Shown here piece after piece: positions 39,001-48,398 of a stretch of DNA of 64,000 nucleotides. Below the pieces are notes generated by a model, which made no database searches, was not told the origin of the DNA, and saw nothing but the letters and a program-made list of their open reading frames with translations. Position 1 is the stretch's first letter, and each line of letters starts with the position of its first letter. The position numbers and the translations under genes are program-made. Location of the stretch: contig CADCTF010000104.1 of NCBI GenBank assembly GCA_902805655.1, forward strand, positions 38,302 through 102,301, given 5' to 3'. The stretch is from an uncultured Acidimicrobiales bacterium. Its GTDB lineage: Bacteria > Actinomycetota > Acidimicrobiia > Acidimicrobiales > CADCTF01.

Positions 39001-39951
39001 ATGTTGCGCTACACGTTGCGGCGGACCCTCGCCGTCCTGCCCGCCCTGGTCGGCATCGTGACCCTGGTGTTCCTGATGCTTCGCCTGATCCCCGGCGATC
39101 CCGCCAGCTTCATCGGCGGGGAGAACCTGGGGCAGGAGGCACTGGAGGGGTTGCGCGAGAAGCTCGGCCTGAACGACTCACTGCCGCAGCAGTACGCCGA
39201 GTACGTGAGCGGGCTGCTGCGGCTCGACATGGGCAGCGCCCTGCACACCGGCATCCCGGTGGTGTCGATCATCCGCAACGCCATCCCGCTGACGGCCGTG
39301 GTGGCGATCGCCTCGGTGGTGCTGGGCACGCTCATCGCCGTCCCCCTCGGGGCCATCGCCGCCTACTCCAAGTACCGCGGCAAGGACGGACCCGACTCCG
39401 GGATCACCGGCTTCGTGATGGTGGTGGACACGCTGCCGAGCTTCTGGGTGGCGTTGCTGCTGATGCTGTTCCTGTCGCTGAACCTCGGGCTCTTCCCGGT
39501 GAGCGGGGCCCTCGACTGGGGTGACCCGATCTACATGATGAAGCGGCTCGCCATGCCGGTCATGGTGCTCGCCATCGGGCAGATCTCCTCGGTGGCCCGG
39601 GTCACCCGCACCTCGGTGCTGCACACCCTGGAGGAGGACTACATCCGCACGGCCCGCTCGCTCGGGGCGTCGGAGCGGTCGATCCTCTTCCGCCACGCCC
39701 TGCCCAACGCAGCGCTGCCCATCATCACCATCCTCGGTCTGAGCGTCGGCCGGCTCTTCGCCGGCACCGTGATCGTCGAGTCCATCTTCTCGATGCCGGG
39801 GATGGGGACGCAGCTGCTGTCGGCCATCAGCTCCCGCGACTACCCGATCGTGCAGGGGCTGATCCTGATGTACGCGCTCATCTTCGTGACGGTGAACGTG
39901 CTGACCGACGTCATCTACACCCGGGTCGACCCACGGGTCCGCCTCAGCTGA
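39001..39951 (+). CDS. ABC permease, DppB/OppB-like
   Basis: LIPGDPA, EDYIRTARSLG, HALPNA, RDYPIVQG, DPRVR. Confidence 0.93.
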   Translation: MLRYTLRRTLAVLPALVGIVTLVFLMLRLIPGDPASFIGGENLGQEALEGLREKLGLNDSLPQQYAEYVSGLLRLDMGSALHTGIPVVSIIRNAIPLTAVVAIASVVLGTLIAVPLGAIAAYSKYRGKDGPDSGITGFVMVVDTLPSFWVALLLMLFLSLNLGLFPVSGALDWGDPIYMMKRLAMPVMVLAIGQISSVARVTRTSVLHTLEEDYIRTARSLGASERSILFRHALPNAALPIITILGLSVGRLFAGTVIVESIFSMPGMGTQLLSAISSRDYPIVQGLILMYALIFVTVNVLTDVIYTRVDPRVRLS

Positions 39952-39983
39952 CCGTGACCACCTCCATGGAAAGGCCCTGACCA

Positions 39984-40874
39984 ATGGCGGACACCCTCGC
40001 CCCCACCCTCGAGCCGATCTCGCTGCAGCTGAAGGTGCCACGTCGAGCCCACGGCCTCGTCAGCTTCTTCCGCAACCGGAACAACGCGATCGGCGCGGTC
40101 ATCCTGCTCCCCATCGTCTTCACGGCGGTGTTCGCGTCGTGGCTGCCGATCCCCGACACGCTGGAGTCCGACGTGACCGCCTCGCTGCAGGGTCCTTCGA
40201 CGAGGCACTTCTTCGGCACGGACAAGCTGGGACGGGACATCTTCGCCCGCACCGTGTCGGGCCTGCGGGTGTCGTTGATGATCGGCTTCGCCTCGGCCTT
40301 CCTGTCGCTGACGATCGGCATCATCTTCGGCACGATCGCCGGCACGCTCGGCAAGGCCGCTGACGCCGCCATCTCCGCGGTGGTCGACGTGGTCATGGCC
40401 TTCCCCGCGCTGCTGCTGGCCATCTCGATCATCGCCGTCTTCGGCAGCGGCATGCCCCAGCTCATCATCGCCCTGGGCATGGCCTCCATGCCGGCGGCGG
40501 TGCGGCTGCAGAGGTCGCTCGCCCTCGGCCTGAAGTCACGCACGTTCATGGACGGCGCCCGCATGGCCAACGCCCCCACGTGGTGGCTGCTGGTGCGACA
40601 CGTGGTGCCCAACACCATGGCCCCGATGGTGGTGGTGGCCACGATCTACGCGGCCAACGCCATCCTCGCCGAGGCTGCCCTGTCGTTCCTGGGCCTCGGC
40701 ATCACCCCGCCGACCCCGTCACTCGGCAACCTCGTCGCCGACGGCAGGAACTACCTGCGGGAGGCGTGGTGGATCTCCACCATCCCCGGCCTGGCCATCG
40801 TCGTCGTGGCCATCAGCCTGCACCTGTTCTCGGACGGCATCCGCGAGCAGCTCGATCCGTCCCTCCGCAAGTAG
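39984..40874 (+). CDS. ABC permease, DppC/OppC-like
   Basis: FGTDKLGRDIFAR, HVVPN, EAALSFLGLG, DGIREQLDP. Confidence 0.93.
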   Translation: MADTLAPTLEPISLQLKVPRRAHGLVSFFRNRNNAIGAVILLPIVFTAVFASWLPIPDTLESDVTASLQGPSTRHFFGTDKLGRDIFARTVSGLRVSLMIGFASAFLSLTIGIIFGTIAGTLGKAADAAISAVVDVVMAFPALLLAISIIAVFGSGMPQLIIALGMASMPAAVRLQRSLALGLKSRTFMDGARMANAPTWWLLVRHVVPNTMAPMVVVATIYAANAILAEAALSFLGLGITPPTPSLGNLVADGRNYLREAWWISTIPGLAIVVVAISLHLFSDGIREQLDPSLRK

Positions 40875-40907
40875 TCCCTGGCCCCAGGAAGAGAGAGCTC
40901 GATACCC

Positions 40908-41939
40908 ATGATCGTTCGAAGCAGCACGAGGACCGAGGTCGACCTCAGCACCGACCCGGAAGCCGATCCGACGCCGCTGCTGCGGGTCAACGGCATGAAG
41001 AAGCACTTCCCGGTCGGTGGCGGCCTGTTCAAGGGCAAGAGGAAGGTCATAAAGGCCGTCGACGGCATCGACTTCACCCTTCGCCGCGGCGAGACGCTCG
41101 GTGTGGTGGGCGAGTCCGGCTGCGGCAAGACGACGGCCGGCCGGGTGCTCGTCGGTCTCGAGACGCCGACCGAGGGCGAGGTGCTGCTCGAGGGGAACGA
41201 CTACTTCACCGGTCTCGGCAGCGCCGGCGTCAAGGCCTACCGACGACGGGTGCAGATGGTGTTCCAGGACCCCTTGGCGTCACTCGACCCCCGTATGACG
41301 GTGGGAACGAGCATCGCCGAGCCCCTGACCGTGCAGCACATCGGAACGCCCCAGGAGCGGAAGGACCGGGTGGCCGACCTGCTGACCCAGGTCGGTCTGG
41401 CGCCGGAGATGGCGGAGCGGTATCCGTCACAGTTCAGCGGCGGTCAGCGCCAGCGCGTGGGCATCGCCCGGGCCCTGGCCGTCGAGCCCGACGTCATCGT
41501 CGCCGACGAGCCCACCAGCGCCCTCGACGTCTCGGTGCGGGCCCAGGTCGTGAACTTGATGAGCGATCTGCAGGAGCAGCTCGGGCTGGCGTTCGTCTTC
41601 ATCTCCCACGACATGTCGACCGTGCGGTTCCTGTCCCACCAGATCGCCGTGATGTACCTCGGCAAGATCATGGAGATCGCGCCCAGCGAGGAGCTCTTCA
41701 GCCGGCCGAAGCACCCCTACACCCAGGCTCTGCTCTCCGCGATCCCCATCCCCGACCCACGGCGTGAGCGTCAGCGCACCACCGTGCTGCTCGAGGGTGA
41801 TCTGCCGAGCCCGGCCAACCCGCCGGTCGGCTGCCAGTTCAGCACCCGTTGCCCCATGGTGACCGACCTCTGTCGGACGGAGGAGCCGACCCTCGACCTG
41901 AAGGCGCCACTGCACAAGGCCGCCTGCCACTACGTCTAG
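40908..41939 (+). CDS. ABC ATPase, DppF/OppF-like
   Basis: GESGCGKTT, FSGGQRQR, DEPTSALD, HPYT, C-terminal Cys motif (GCQFSTRCP...C...ACH). Confidence 0.93.
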   Translation: MIVRSSTRTEVDLSTDPEADPTPLLRVNGMKKHFPVGGGLFKGKRKVIKAVDGIDFTLRRGETLGVVGESGCGKTTAGRVLVGLETPTEGEVLLEGNDYFTGLGSAGVKAYRRRVQMVFQDPLASLDPRMTVGTSIAEPLTVQHIGTPQERKDRVADLLTQVGLAPEMAERYPSQFSGGQRQRVGIARALAVEPDVIVADEPTSALDVSVRAQVVNLMSDLQEQLGLAFVFISHDMSTVRFLSHQIAVMYLGKIMEIAPSEELFSRPKHPYTQALLSAIPIPDPRRERQRTTVLLEGDLPSPANPPVGCQFSTRCPMVTDLCRTEEPTLDLKAPLHKAACHYV

Positions 41940-42029
41940 TGCCGGCGCCGGCCACGCAGCACGCGGCAAGCAACGGCCTGCTCACGGCCACGACTTCGGG
42001 TGGAAACACTCCCCCCGTACCGTCCAAGC

Positions 42030-42794
42030 ATGCGCAACGCGTCCTTCTCGGCGGTCAACCGTCGCGCCATATCGGCTCGGCGCCTACGTGATCTCCTTCG
42101 TGCCGAGATACTGAGGAACGACCACCCCCAGGGAACGATGCCCTCCGAGACGGAGCTGGCGGCCCGCCATGGCGTCAGCCGCAACACCGTCCGGGAGGCG
42201 CTCGCCCTGCTCCGGCGTGAGGGGCTGGTGGATCGCGTCCAAGGGGTCGGCACCTTTGTCGTCCGCCACAAGACGCCGCACCAGTTCGACCAGGTGCAGA
42301 GCTGGCGCGGCGGGGGAGTGCACCACGAGGTCCTGGCCATGGAACCGGTGCCGGCCGGTGCTCTGGTGGCCGCTGCCCTCGGGGCCGAAGAGGGTGACCC
42401 GGTGCTGCTGCTGGAGCGCAGGACCATGCTGGAGGCCACACCCCTGGCGCTCTGGACGACGTATCTGCCCGAGGACGTCGGCCAACGGCTGCAAGAGCCC
42501 GGCGTCGACCTGAGCGGTGACTTCTACGACATGCTCGAGGGCGCCCTGGGCACGCACGTCGCCGGCGTCCAGTCCACGACGGAGGCCGTGTTGAGCGACG
42601 GCGACGTCGCCCTGCTGCTCGGCGTCCCGGAGAGCTGGCCGCTGCTCCTCGTCGAGCGAACGGTCGTCGACGTGTCGGGCCGGGTGGTGGAGTTCGGCTT
42701 CGGCCGCCTGCGCGGTGACCGGGTCTCGCTCAAGTCGTGGCGCGGCCGGCGGGAGACGCGGTCGTGCCCCGTCCCACGCGCCGTCGCCGGCTGA
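42030..42794 (+). CDS. GntR-family regulator (HutC subfamily, UTRA domain)
   Basis: MPSETELAARHGVSRNTVREAL...GVGTFV; C-terminal UTRA-like domain. Confidence 0.9.
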   Translation: MRNASFSAVNRRAISARRLRDLLRAEILRNDHPQGTMPSETELAARHGVSRNTVREALALLRREGLVDRVQGVGTFVVRHKTPHQFDQVQSWRGGGVHHEVLAMEPVPAGALVAAALGAEEGDPVLLLERRTMLEATPLALWTTYLPEDVGQRLQEPGVDLSGDFYDMLEGALGTHVAGVQSTTEAVLSDGDVALLLGVPESWPLLLVERTVVDVSGRVVEFGFGRLRGDRVSLKSWRGRRETRSCPVPRAVAG

Positions 42795-42857
42795 TGGTCG
42801 GGTGCGGCGAGATCCCGGCTCGGTTGTGGCGGAAGTGACCGCTCCGGCGCTCGGGAG

Positions 42858-42918
42858 GGTGGCGTAACCGGAACGACACACGACCAGCACGGCGTGTTCA
42901 CGGGCCGCTCTTACCTTC
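42858..42918 (+). promoter_or_regulatory. Conserved 61-bp promoter motif, copy 2
   Basis: GTAAC-n6-GACAC-n6-AGCAC-n6-TTCAC-n10-TACCTT. Confidence 0.75.
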
Positions 42919-42952
42919 CTCGTCACCAACCCGTACCGAGGAGTCGACACAC

Positions 42953-43675
42953 ATGCCAGCGATCTGGGAACCCTTCCTCTCCGAGCAGGACAAGCAGTGG
43001 CTGGGTGCATCCGGCCGCGCCAAGACCGAGCCCTTCGGATTCGGGTCGAAACCCGCCGTGCTCGTCATCGACGACTACTACAGCGTGCTCGGACTCGAGC
43101 GCCTCCCCATCCTCGAGTCGGTCAAGCGCTGGCCGATGTCGTGCGGCCTGTCCGGCTGGGAGGCCATCGACCGCACCGTCGAGCTGCTCGGCACGGCCCG
43201 GGCCAACGAGATCCCGATCGTCTTCGTGAAGGGCCTTCCCGGCTTCCCGAGCCCCTGGGGCCGTCGAGGCGACCGCACGGAACGGTTCAGCCACCTGACC
43301 GAGGAGGAGCAGGCCAAGGCGGGCGAGATCGTCGATGAGCTCGACCCGCAGCCGGGTGAGCTCATCATCGAGAAGGCCGCCGCCAGCGCCTTCCGGGGCA
43401 CACCGCTGACCTACCACCTGAACTACCTCGGGATCGACACGATCCTCGCCTGCGGTGAGACGACGAGCGGTTGCGTACGAGCCTCCGTGGTGGACGGCGC
43501 CACCGAGCGCTACCGCATGGGCGTCGTCGAGGAGTGCTGCTTCGACCGCACCGAGGCGTCCCACGCCATGAACCTCTTCGACATGGACCAGAAGTACGCC
43601 GACGTGATCGACCTGGCCTCGGCCCAGAAGTACCTGGAGCAGGTCGCCAGCGACCGCGCTCTCGCTGCTGATTGA
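42953..43675 (+). CDS. Isochorismatase-family cysteine amidohydrolase (N-carbamoylsarcosine amidase/NicF-like)
   Basis: Catalytic D-K-C: VLVIDD, IEKAAASAF, GETTSGCVRASVVD; FDMDQKYADV. Confidence 0.9.
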   Translation: MPAIWEPFLSEQDKQWLGASGRAKTEPFGFGSKPAVLVIDDYYSVLGLERLPILESVKRWPMSCGLSGWEAIDRTVELLGTARANEIPIVFVKGLPGFPSPWGRRGDRTERFSHLTEEEQAKAGEIVDELDPQPGELIIEKAAASAFRGTPLTYHLNYLGIDTILACGETTSGCVRASVVDGATERYRMGVVEECCFDRTEASHAMNLFDMDQKYADVIDLASAQKYLEQVASDRALAAD

Positions 43676-43726
43676 CCTCTCGCGGCACGCGAGTCGACCC
43701 GAAACGGAACGAAGGAGCTTGTCGTG

Positions 43727-44818
43727 GTGATGATGCGCAACAGGGTCGGCTCGGTGCTCGAGGAGCCGCCGACGGCGACCGGCGACTTGTTGGAGGTGGA
43801 CGGGCTCACCGTCAGCTTCCACACCCGGGAGGGTGTGGTGCGGGCGGTGAGCGACGTCTCCTTCAGCCTGGCCCGAGGGGAGCGCCTCGCCATCGTGGGC
43901 GAGAGCGGCTCGGGCAAGAGCGTCATGTCGATGTCACTCATGCAGATGGTGGCCCGAGGGGGCACCATCGACGGTGGCCAGGTGGTTCTGAACGGCCGGA
44001 ACGTGCTGGGGCTGTCGAACGAGAAGCTGCGCTCCGTTCGCGGAGGAGAGGTGGCCATGGTCTTCCAGGACCCGACCACCTCGCTCAACCCCGTGATGCG
44101 GGTGCGCGACCAGATGATCCGCCCCATGCGCCAGCACCTCGGGCTCAGCAGCGGGGCCGCCCGTGAGCGGGCCATCTCGCTGCTGGCCGGCACCGGCATC
44201 CCGGACCCGGAGCGCAACGTCGACGCCTATCCCCATCAGCTCAGCGGCGGCATGCGCCAGCGGGTCATGATCGCCATGGCCATCTCGTGCAAGCCGTCGC
44301 TGCTGATCGCCGACGAGCCGACCACGGCGCTGGACGTCACCATCCAGGCCCAGATCGTGGCCCTGCTGAAGCGCATCTCCGACGAGCAGGGCTCCTCGGT
44401 CATCTTCGTGACCCACGACATGGGTCTGGTGGCCCGCTTCGCCCACCGGGTGGCGGTGATGTATGCCGGTCGCATCGTGGAGATCGGAGGCGTCGACGAG
44501 CTCTTCGCCAACCCCCAGCACCCGTACACCAAGGGCCTCCTGGGCTCCATCCCGTCGATCGAGGGAGAGCTGCCCGAGCGGCTGACGCAGATACCGGGGC
44601 TCCCACCGAACCTGGTCACCCTCGGAGCCGGATGCCCGTTCGCGGCCCGGTGCACCGAGGCGGTCGAGCTGTCCACCGAGGAACGACCGCTGCTGAAGGA
44701 GGTGCAGCCCGGCCACTCGGTGGCGTGCTGGGTGGCGCAGGCCGACGCCGGTGCGGCCTCGACACCGATCCGTCTCGGGCGCACGATCGATCTGTCCGAG
44801 ACCGCAGGCGTCGGCTGA
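43727..44818 (+). CDS. ABC ATPase, DppD/OppD-like
   Basis: [43 protein letters not shown]. Confidence 0.93.
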   Translation: MMMRNRVGSVLEEPPTATGDLLEVDGLTVSFHTREGVVRAVSDVSFSLARGERLAIVGESGSGKSVMSMSLMQMVARGGTIDGGQVVLNGRNVLGLSNEKLRSVRGGEVAMVFQDPTTSLNPVMRVRDQMIRPMRQHLGLSSGAARERAISLLAGTGIPDPERNVDAYPHQLSGGMRQRVMIAMAISCKPSLLIADEPTTALDVTIQAQIVALLKRISDEQGSSVIFVTHDMGLVARFAHRVAVMYAGRIVEIGGVDELFANPQHPYTKGLLGSIPSIEGELPERLTQIPGLPPNLVTLGAGCPFAARCTEAVELSTEERPLLKEVQPGHSVACWVAQADAGAASTPIRLGRTIDLSETAGVG

Positions 44819-44856
44819 TGGCTTAGCCCTTCGGCGCATCTCTCTTGGGAGCATCG

Positions 44857-44892
44857 GCAACACGGCGTGGACCACCGTCCACGCCGTGTTGC
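44857..44892. terminator. Perfect hairpin downstream of the OppD-like gene
   Basis: GCAACACGGCGTGGAC-cacc-GTCCACGCCGTGTTGC, 16-bp stem. Confidence 0.7.
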
Positions 44893-45011
44893 GCGTCCGG
44901 GCCACGCGACACGCCGGTGCGTCGGAACGGCGGCATCCCGGTGCAGCGCTGGCGGGACGGCACGCCGGCTCGCCGTCCGCCCAGCGCAGGGGCCGTGACT
45001 CCCCCGGCTCC

Positions 45012-45072
45012 GGTGGCGTAACCGGGACAACACGGGACGAGCACGACCAGTTCATGGGCCACCCGTACGTTC
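45012..45072 (+). promoter_or_regulatory. Conserved 61-bp promoter motif, copy 3
   Basis: GTAAC-n6-AACAC-n6-AGCAC-n6-TTCAT-n10-TACGTT. Confidence 0.75.
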
Positions 45073-45141
45073 GCCGAGCGGCCCTCGCACAGCGTGGTGC
45101 AGGCGGCGCCGTGACCCACCGACCCTCCTGAAGGAGACCCC

Positions 45142-45828
45142 ATGTCCTGGACCGCACCCCCCGACACGGTGACCCTCACCGTCGAGATGCCCAAGCCTCT
45201 GCCGTTCGTGCTCGACCCAGCCAAGACGGCCATCGTCGTCGTGGACATGGAGGAGTACTTCGTCCGCAACCCGAAGTTCGGCTCCCGGATGGGTGACTCC
45301 ATCGAGGGCAACGAGCGCCTGCTCGGCAAGGCTCGGGAGGCCGGCGCCGAGATCATCTACATCCAGTCCGTGCGCAAGCCCACAGCCCTCGAGGTGGTGC
45401 GGTTCGGCCGCAGCCCGATGCTCCTCGAAGGCTCACCCGACGTCGAGATCGCTTCGGAGATCGCCCCTCGGCCCGGCGATCCCGTCGTGCAGAAGTGGGG
45501 ACACGACCCGTTCGCCCGCACGGCCCTCGAAGACGTGCTGGCCGAGAAGGGCATCGTGCCGGAGACGTGGAACGTGCTCGTCACCGGGGTCTCGGCGGCG
45601 GTCTGTGCCCATGCGTGTGCACTGGGCTTCAGCAACCGGCACTACATGACCCTCATCCCCATGGACTGCACGGCCGCCGGGAGCGTGGAGGAGGAGGCCC
45701 GGACGTACGCCCAGTACATGTCTGGCGCTTACAGCTTCAACATGGCCTTCACCCACAGTGAGCTCGTCAGCTTCGAGCCCGGCGCCAAGGGCGCGGAGCT
45801 ACAGGTCCGCGAGCTCGCTCTCGCGTAG
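45142..45828 (+). CDS. Isochorismatase-family cysteine hydrolase, second copy
   Basis: LDPAKTAIVVVDM, VVQKWGHDPF, TGVSAAVC; AAGGAG RBS. Confidence 0.85.
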   Translation: MSWTAPPDTVTLTVEMPKPLPFVLDPAKTAIVVVDMEEYFVRNPKFGSRMGDSIEGNERLLGKAREAGAEIIYIQSVRKPTALEVVRFGRSPMLLEGSPDVEIASEIAPRPGDPVVQKWGHDPFARTALEDVLAEKGIVPETWNVLVTGVSAAVCAHACALGFSNRHYMTLIPMDCTAAGSVEEEARTYAQYMSGAYSFNMAFTHSELVSFEPGAKGAELQVRELALA

Positions 45829-45840
45829 CGGTCAACGGCC

Positions 45841-45903
45841 TGACCCGAGCCCCCCTCCCGGCGTGCCCCGGCCCCCGGTGTGCGCCGGGAGGAGCCCGGG
45901 TCA
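45841..45903. other. Long imperfect intercistronic hairpin
   Basis: TGACCCG...CCTCCCGGCG pairs with CGCCGGGAGG...CGGGTCA. Confidence 0.5.
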
Positions 45904-45936
45904 GTCCCTTCACCCCTTCCCGTCAATGGAGACGTC

Positions 45937-47199
45937 GTGCCCAGCTGGCTCCGCCGCCGAGTAGGCGACAACCGCAACCTCGTCATCGTCTGCGGCCTCA
46001 TCGCCGCGAGCCAGATGTCCTGGGGCGTCGTGGTCCCCGTCCTGCCGCTCTACGCGCGGAGCTTCGGGGCGTCCGGGGCCGACCTCGGCCTCATCGTCTC
46101 CCTCTTCGTCGTCGGCCGGCTGATCGTCAACATCCCCGCCGGCCGACTGGCCGAGCGCTTCGATGCCCGCCGGCTGCTGCTCGCGGCCGTGGGAGGAGTG
46201 GTGGTCTGCTCGGTGGTCACCGGGTTCGCCACGAGCCTGCACCAGCTCTTCGCGCTCCGGTTCGTCACCGGCCTGGCCGGCGGCGCGGCGATCACGATCG
46301 GGCAGGCGTTCATCGCCCACACCACGACCGTGCACAACCGGGGCCGTGCGATGGGCACGCTGCAGGCCTTCCAGCTGGCCGGCGGCGCCATCGGGCCCAG
46401 CCTGGGTGGGGTCATGGCCTCCGTCTTCGGTCTCCGCGCTGCATTCTTCTCCTCGGGCCTGATCGCGCTGGGCTTCGTCGCGTGGGGCATCCTGCGCCTG
46501 GAGTCGTCGCCGACAGCCTCGGGACGCTCGCCGGTGGAGGCCGCCGCCGAGCCCGAGCGGAAGGGGTTCATGCTCCGCGACCCCAGCTTCCTTGCCGTCT
46601 GCGTGGTCGCCTTCGCCGTCTTCTTCGCCCGCTTCGGCGGCCAGCAGTTCCTCGTGCCGATCATCGCCTACGACAACGTCGGCCTCACCGCCGGGGAGCT
46701 CGGCTTGGCCCTGGGTCTCGTGACGACGGCCAACATCGTCCTCGTCTCCTTTGCGGGCCGGGTCGCGGACAGGATCGGCCGCAAGCGGGTCATCGTCCCC
46801 GCCATGGTGCTGGCCGGTCTGGCCACGGTGGGCTACGTCTGGGCTGACAGCGTCGTCCCCCTCCTCGTGGTCCTCTGCTTCGTCGGTCTGCTCAACACCT
46901 TCTCCGGCCCGACCCCCGCCGCCTATCTCGCCGACGTGGCTCCGCCCGGGCGCCAGGGTCCCGCGGTGGGGGTCTTCCGCACGTTCGGCGACCTCGCGGG
47001 CCTCATCGGGCCGGTGCTGCTCGGATGGCTGGTCGAGCACCACGGCACCGACGCCGCCGTGCTGGTGCTGGCCGGGGTCACGGTGTCGGCCGGGGTGTGG
47101 TTCGCCCTCTTCGCGAGGGAGACCGTCGTGCCTCGAGTCACCGGGCCGGATGAGGCCATCCCGGTACGGGCGCCCGCCACCGTGACCCCTTCCCCGTGA
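45937..47199 (+). CDS. MFS transporter (DHA1-like)
   Basis: VVPVLPLYA, GRLAERFDARR, RGRAMG, GRVADRIGRKR; start approximate. Confidence 0.88.
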   Translation: MPSWLRRRVGDNRNLVIVCGLIAASQMSWGVVVPVLPLYARSFGASGADLGLIVSLFVVGRLIVNIPAGRLAERFDARRLLLAAVGGVVVCSVVTGFATSLHQLFALRFVTGLAGGAAITIGQAFIAHTTTVHNRGRAMGTLQAFQLAGGAIGPSLGGVMASVFGLRAAFFSSGLIALGFVAWGILRLESSPTASGRSPVEAAAEPERKGFMLRDPSFLAVCVVAFAVFFARFGGQQFLVPIIAYDNVGLTAGELGLALGLVTTANIVLVSFAGRVADRIGRKRVIVPAMVLAGLATVGYVWADSVVPLLVVLCFVGLLNTFSGPTPAAYLADVAPPGRQGPAVGVFRTFGDLAGLIGPVLLGWLVEHHGTDAAVLVLAGVTVSAGVWFALFARETVVPRVTGPDEAIPVRAPATVTPSP

Positions 47200-47204
47200 C
47201 CAGC

Positions 47205-48350
47205 TCAGCCGGTGGGTGAGCCGTCGACCAGCCGCTCGGCCAGCTCAAGGGCGGCCGACACGTCGGCCAGGCCGGCGATGTCGGCCGCCATGCGAGCCGT
47301 TCCGGGCGGGGCCGCTGTCGTCACGGAGCGCACCGCGGCCTCGACGCGGGAGTCCAGGCCCGGCCCGGGCTGGACCACCACACCTGCGTCGACCGCGGCG
47401 ATGCGCTCGGCGTTGAGGGGCTGCTCGGCGAACAACGGCACGGCCACGATCGGGACGCCGGCCGCGAGCGCGGCCAGCGTCGTGCCGGCTCCCGCGTGGC
47501 AGACGACGGCGCGCGCCGTTGCCATCACCTCAGCCGTGTCGACCCAGCGCTCGGCCCGCACGTCGCCCGGCAGACCGGCGAGCACCCGAGGGTCGCCCTG
47601 GCGACCAGTGCTGACGAGGACGGCGAATCCGGCGGCCACGGCCCCCGAGACTGCGCTCCTCAAGGCGTCGGCGAAGAAGGGCATGGATGCGGCCTCGCTG
47701 CCGAGGGTGACGTAGACCACGTCGGAGCGGTGGCCGGGGGTGAAACCCCGGTACCGGGGGTCCCGGATGCGCAGCACGGGTGGCGACCCCTCGTCGCTGG
47801 GGTCGAAGGCCTCGGGGAAGTACCCGACCTGGGGCGGGGTGTGCAGCGATGCGCCCGAAGGATCAGGATCGAGCCCGAGCCCGAGGCGGAGATCGGTCAG
47901 GCCGAGAGCGACGATCCTGTCGAAGCCGGCTCGGGAGAGGCCGGGGTGCACACGGAGGCGAGGCAGACCTGCGGCCTCAGCGGCCAGCTGGCCGGAGAAC
48001 TCGCCGGACTCGCTGATCACCAGGTCGGGCTGCCACTCCGACACGGACTGCACGGTGCCGGGCAGCGCCGCGGAGGTGTTCAGGCGGCCGAAGACCTCCT
48101 TCCCCATGAGGGTGCCCGCCTCTTCCGGCGTGAGCGTCGGCAGCCGCCGAAGGACCTCGGTGCGCGTGGGATCGTCCGACGGCACGCCTCCGAAGGGGAG
48201 GTGCTTGAAGCCCGCACCCTCCACCATGGCGGTGCTCTCCTCTGGCGCCGCGACGGCTACGTCGTGACCGGCGGCCCGGGCAGCTTCAGCGAGGGGCACA
48301 AGCGGGAGGAAGTGCCCGGCGCCAGACGTCGTCGTGAACAGCATCCTCAT
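47205..48350 (-). CDS. Glycosyltransferase family 1 (GT-B, EryCIII/MGT-like)
   Basis: MRMLFTTTSGAGHFLPLVPLA, VYVTLGS, VCHAGAGTT, PLFAEQPLNA. Confidence 0.9.
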   Translation of the reverse strand: MRMLFTTTSGAGHFLPLVPLAEAARAAGHDVAVAAPEESTAMVEGAGFKHLPFGGVPSDDPTRTEVLRRLPTLTPEEAGTLMGKEVFGRLNTSAALPGTVQSVSEWQPDLVISESGEFSGQLAAEAAGLPRLRVHPGLSRAGFDRIVALGLTDLRLGLGLDPDPSGASLHTPPQVGYFPEAFDPSDEGSPPVLRIRDPRYRGFTPGHRSDVVYVTLGSEAASMPFFADALRSAVSGAVAAGFAVLVSTGRQGDPRVLAGLPGDVRAERWVDTAEVMATARAVVCHAGAGTTLAALAAGVPIVAVPLFAEQPLNAERIAAVDAGVVVQPGPGLDSRVEAAVRSVTTAAPPGTARMAADIAGLADVSAALELAERLVDGSPTG

Positions 48351-48398
48351 CGCTTGCGTCTCCTCGGTAGCGGTGCGGCCCGAGCCTGCCAGCCGGAC

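Noticed and set aside
41941-42029. Possible fourth copy of the GlnR-like motif before gntR
   Set aside because: Only one AC-n9-AC pair (GCAAC-n6-CTCAC); no TGGCGTAA or in-phase TACNTT
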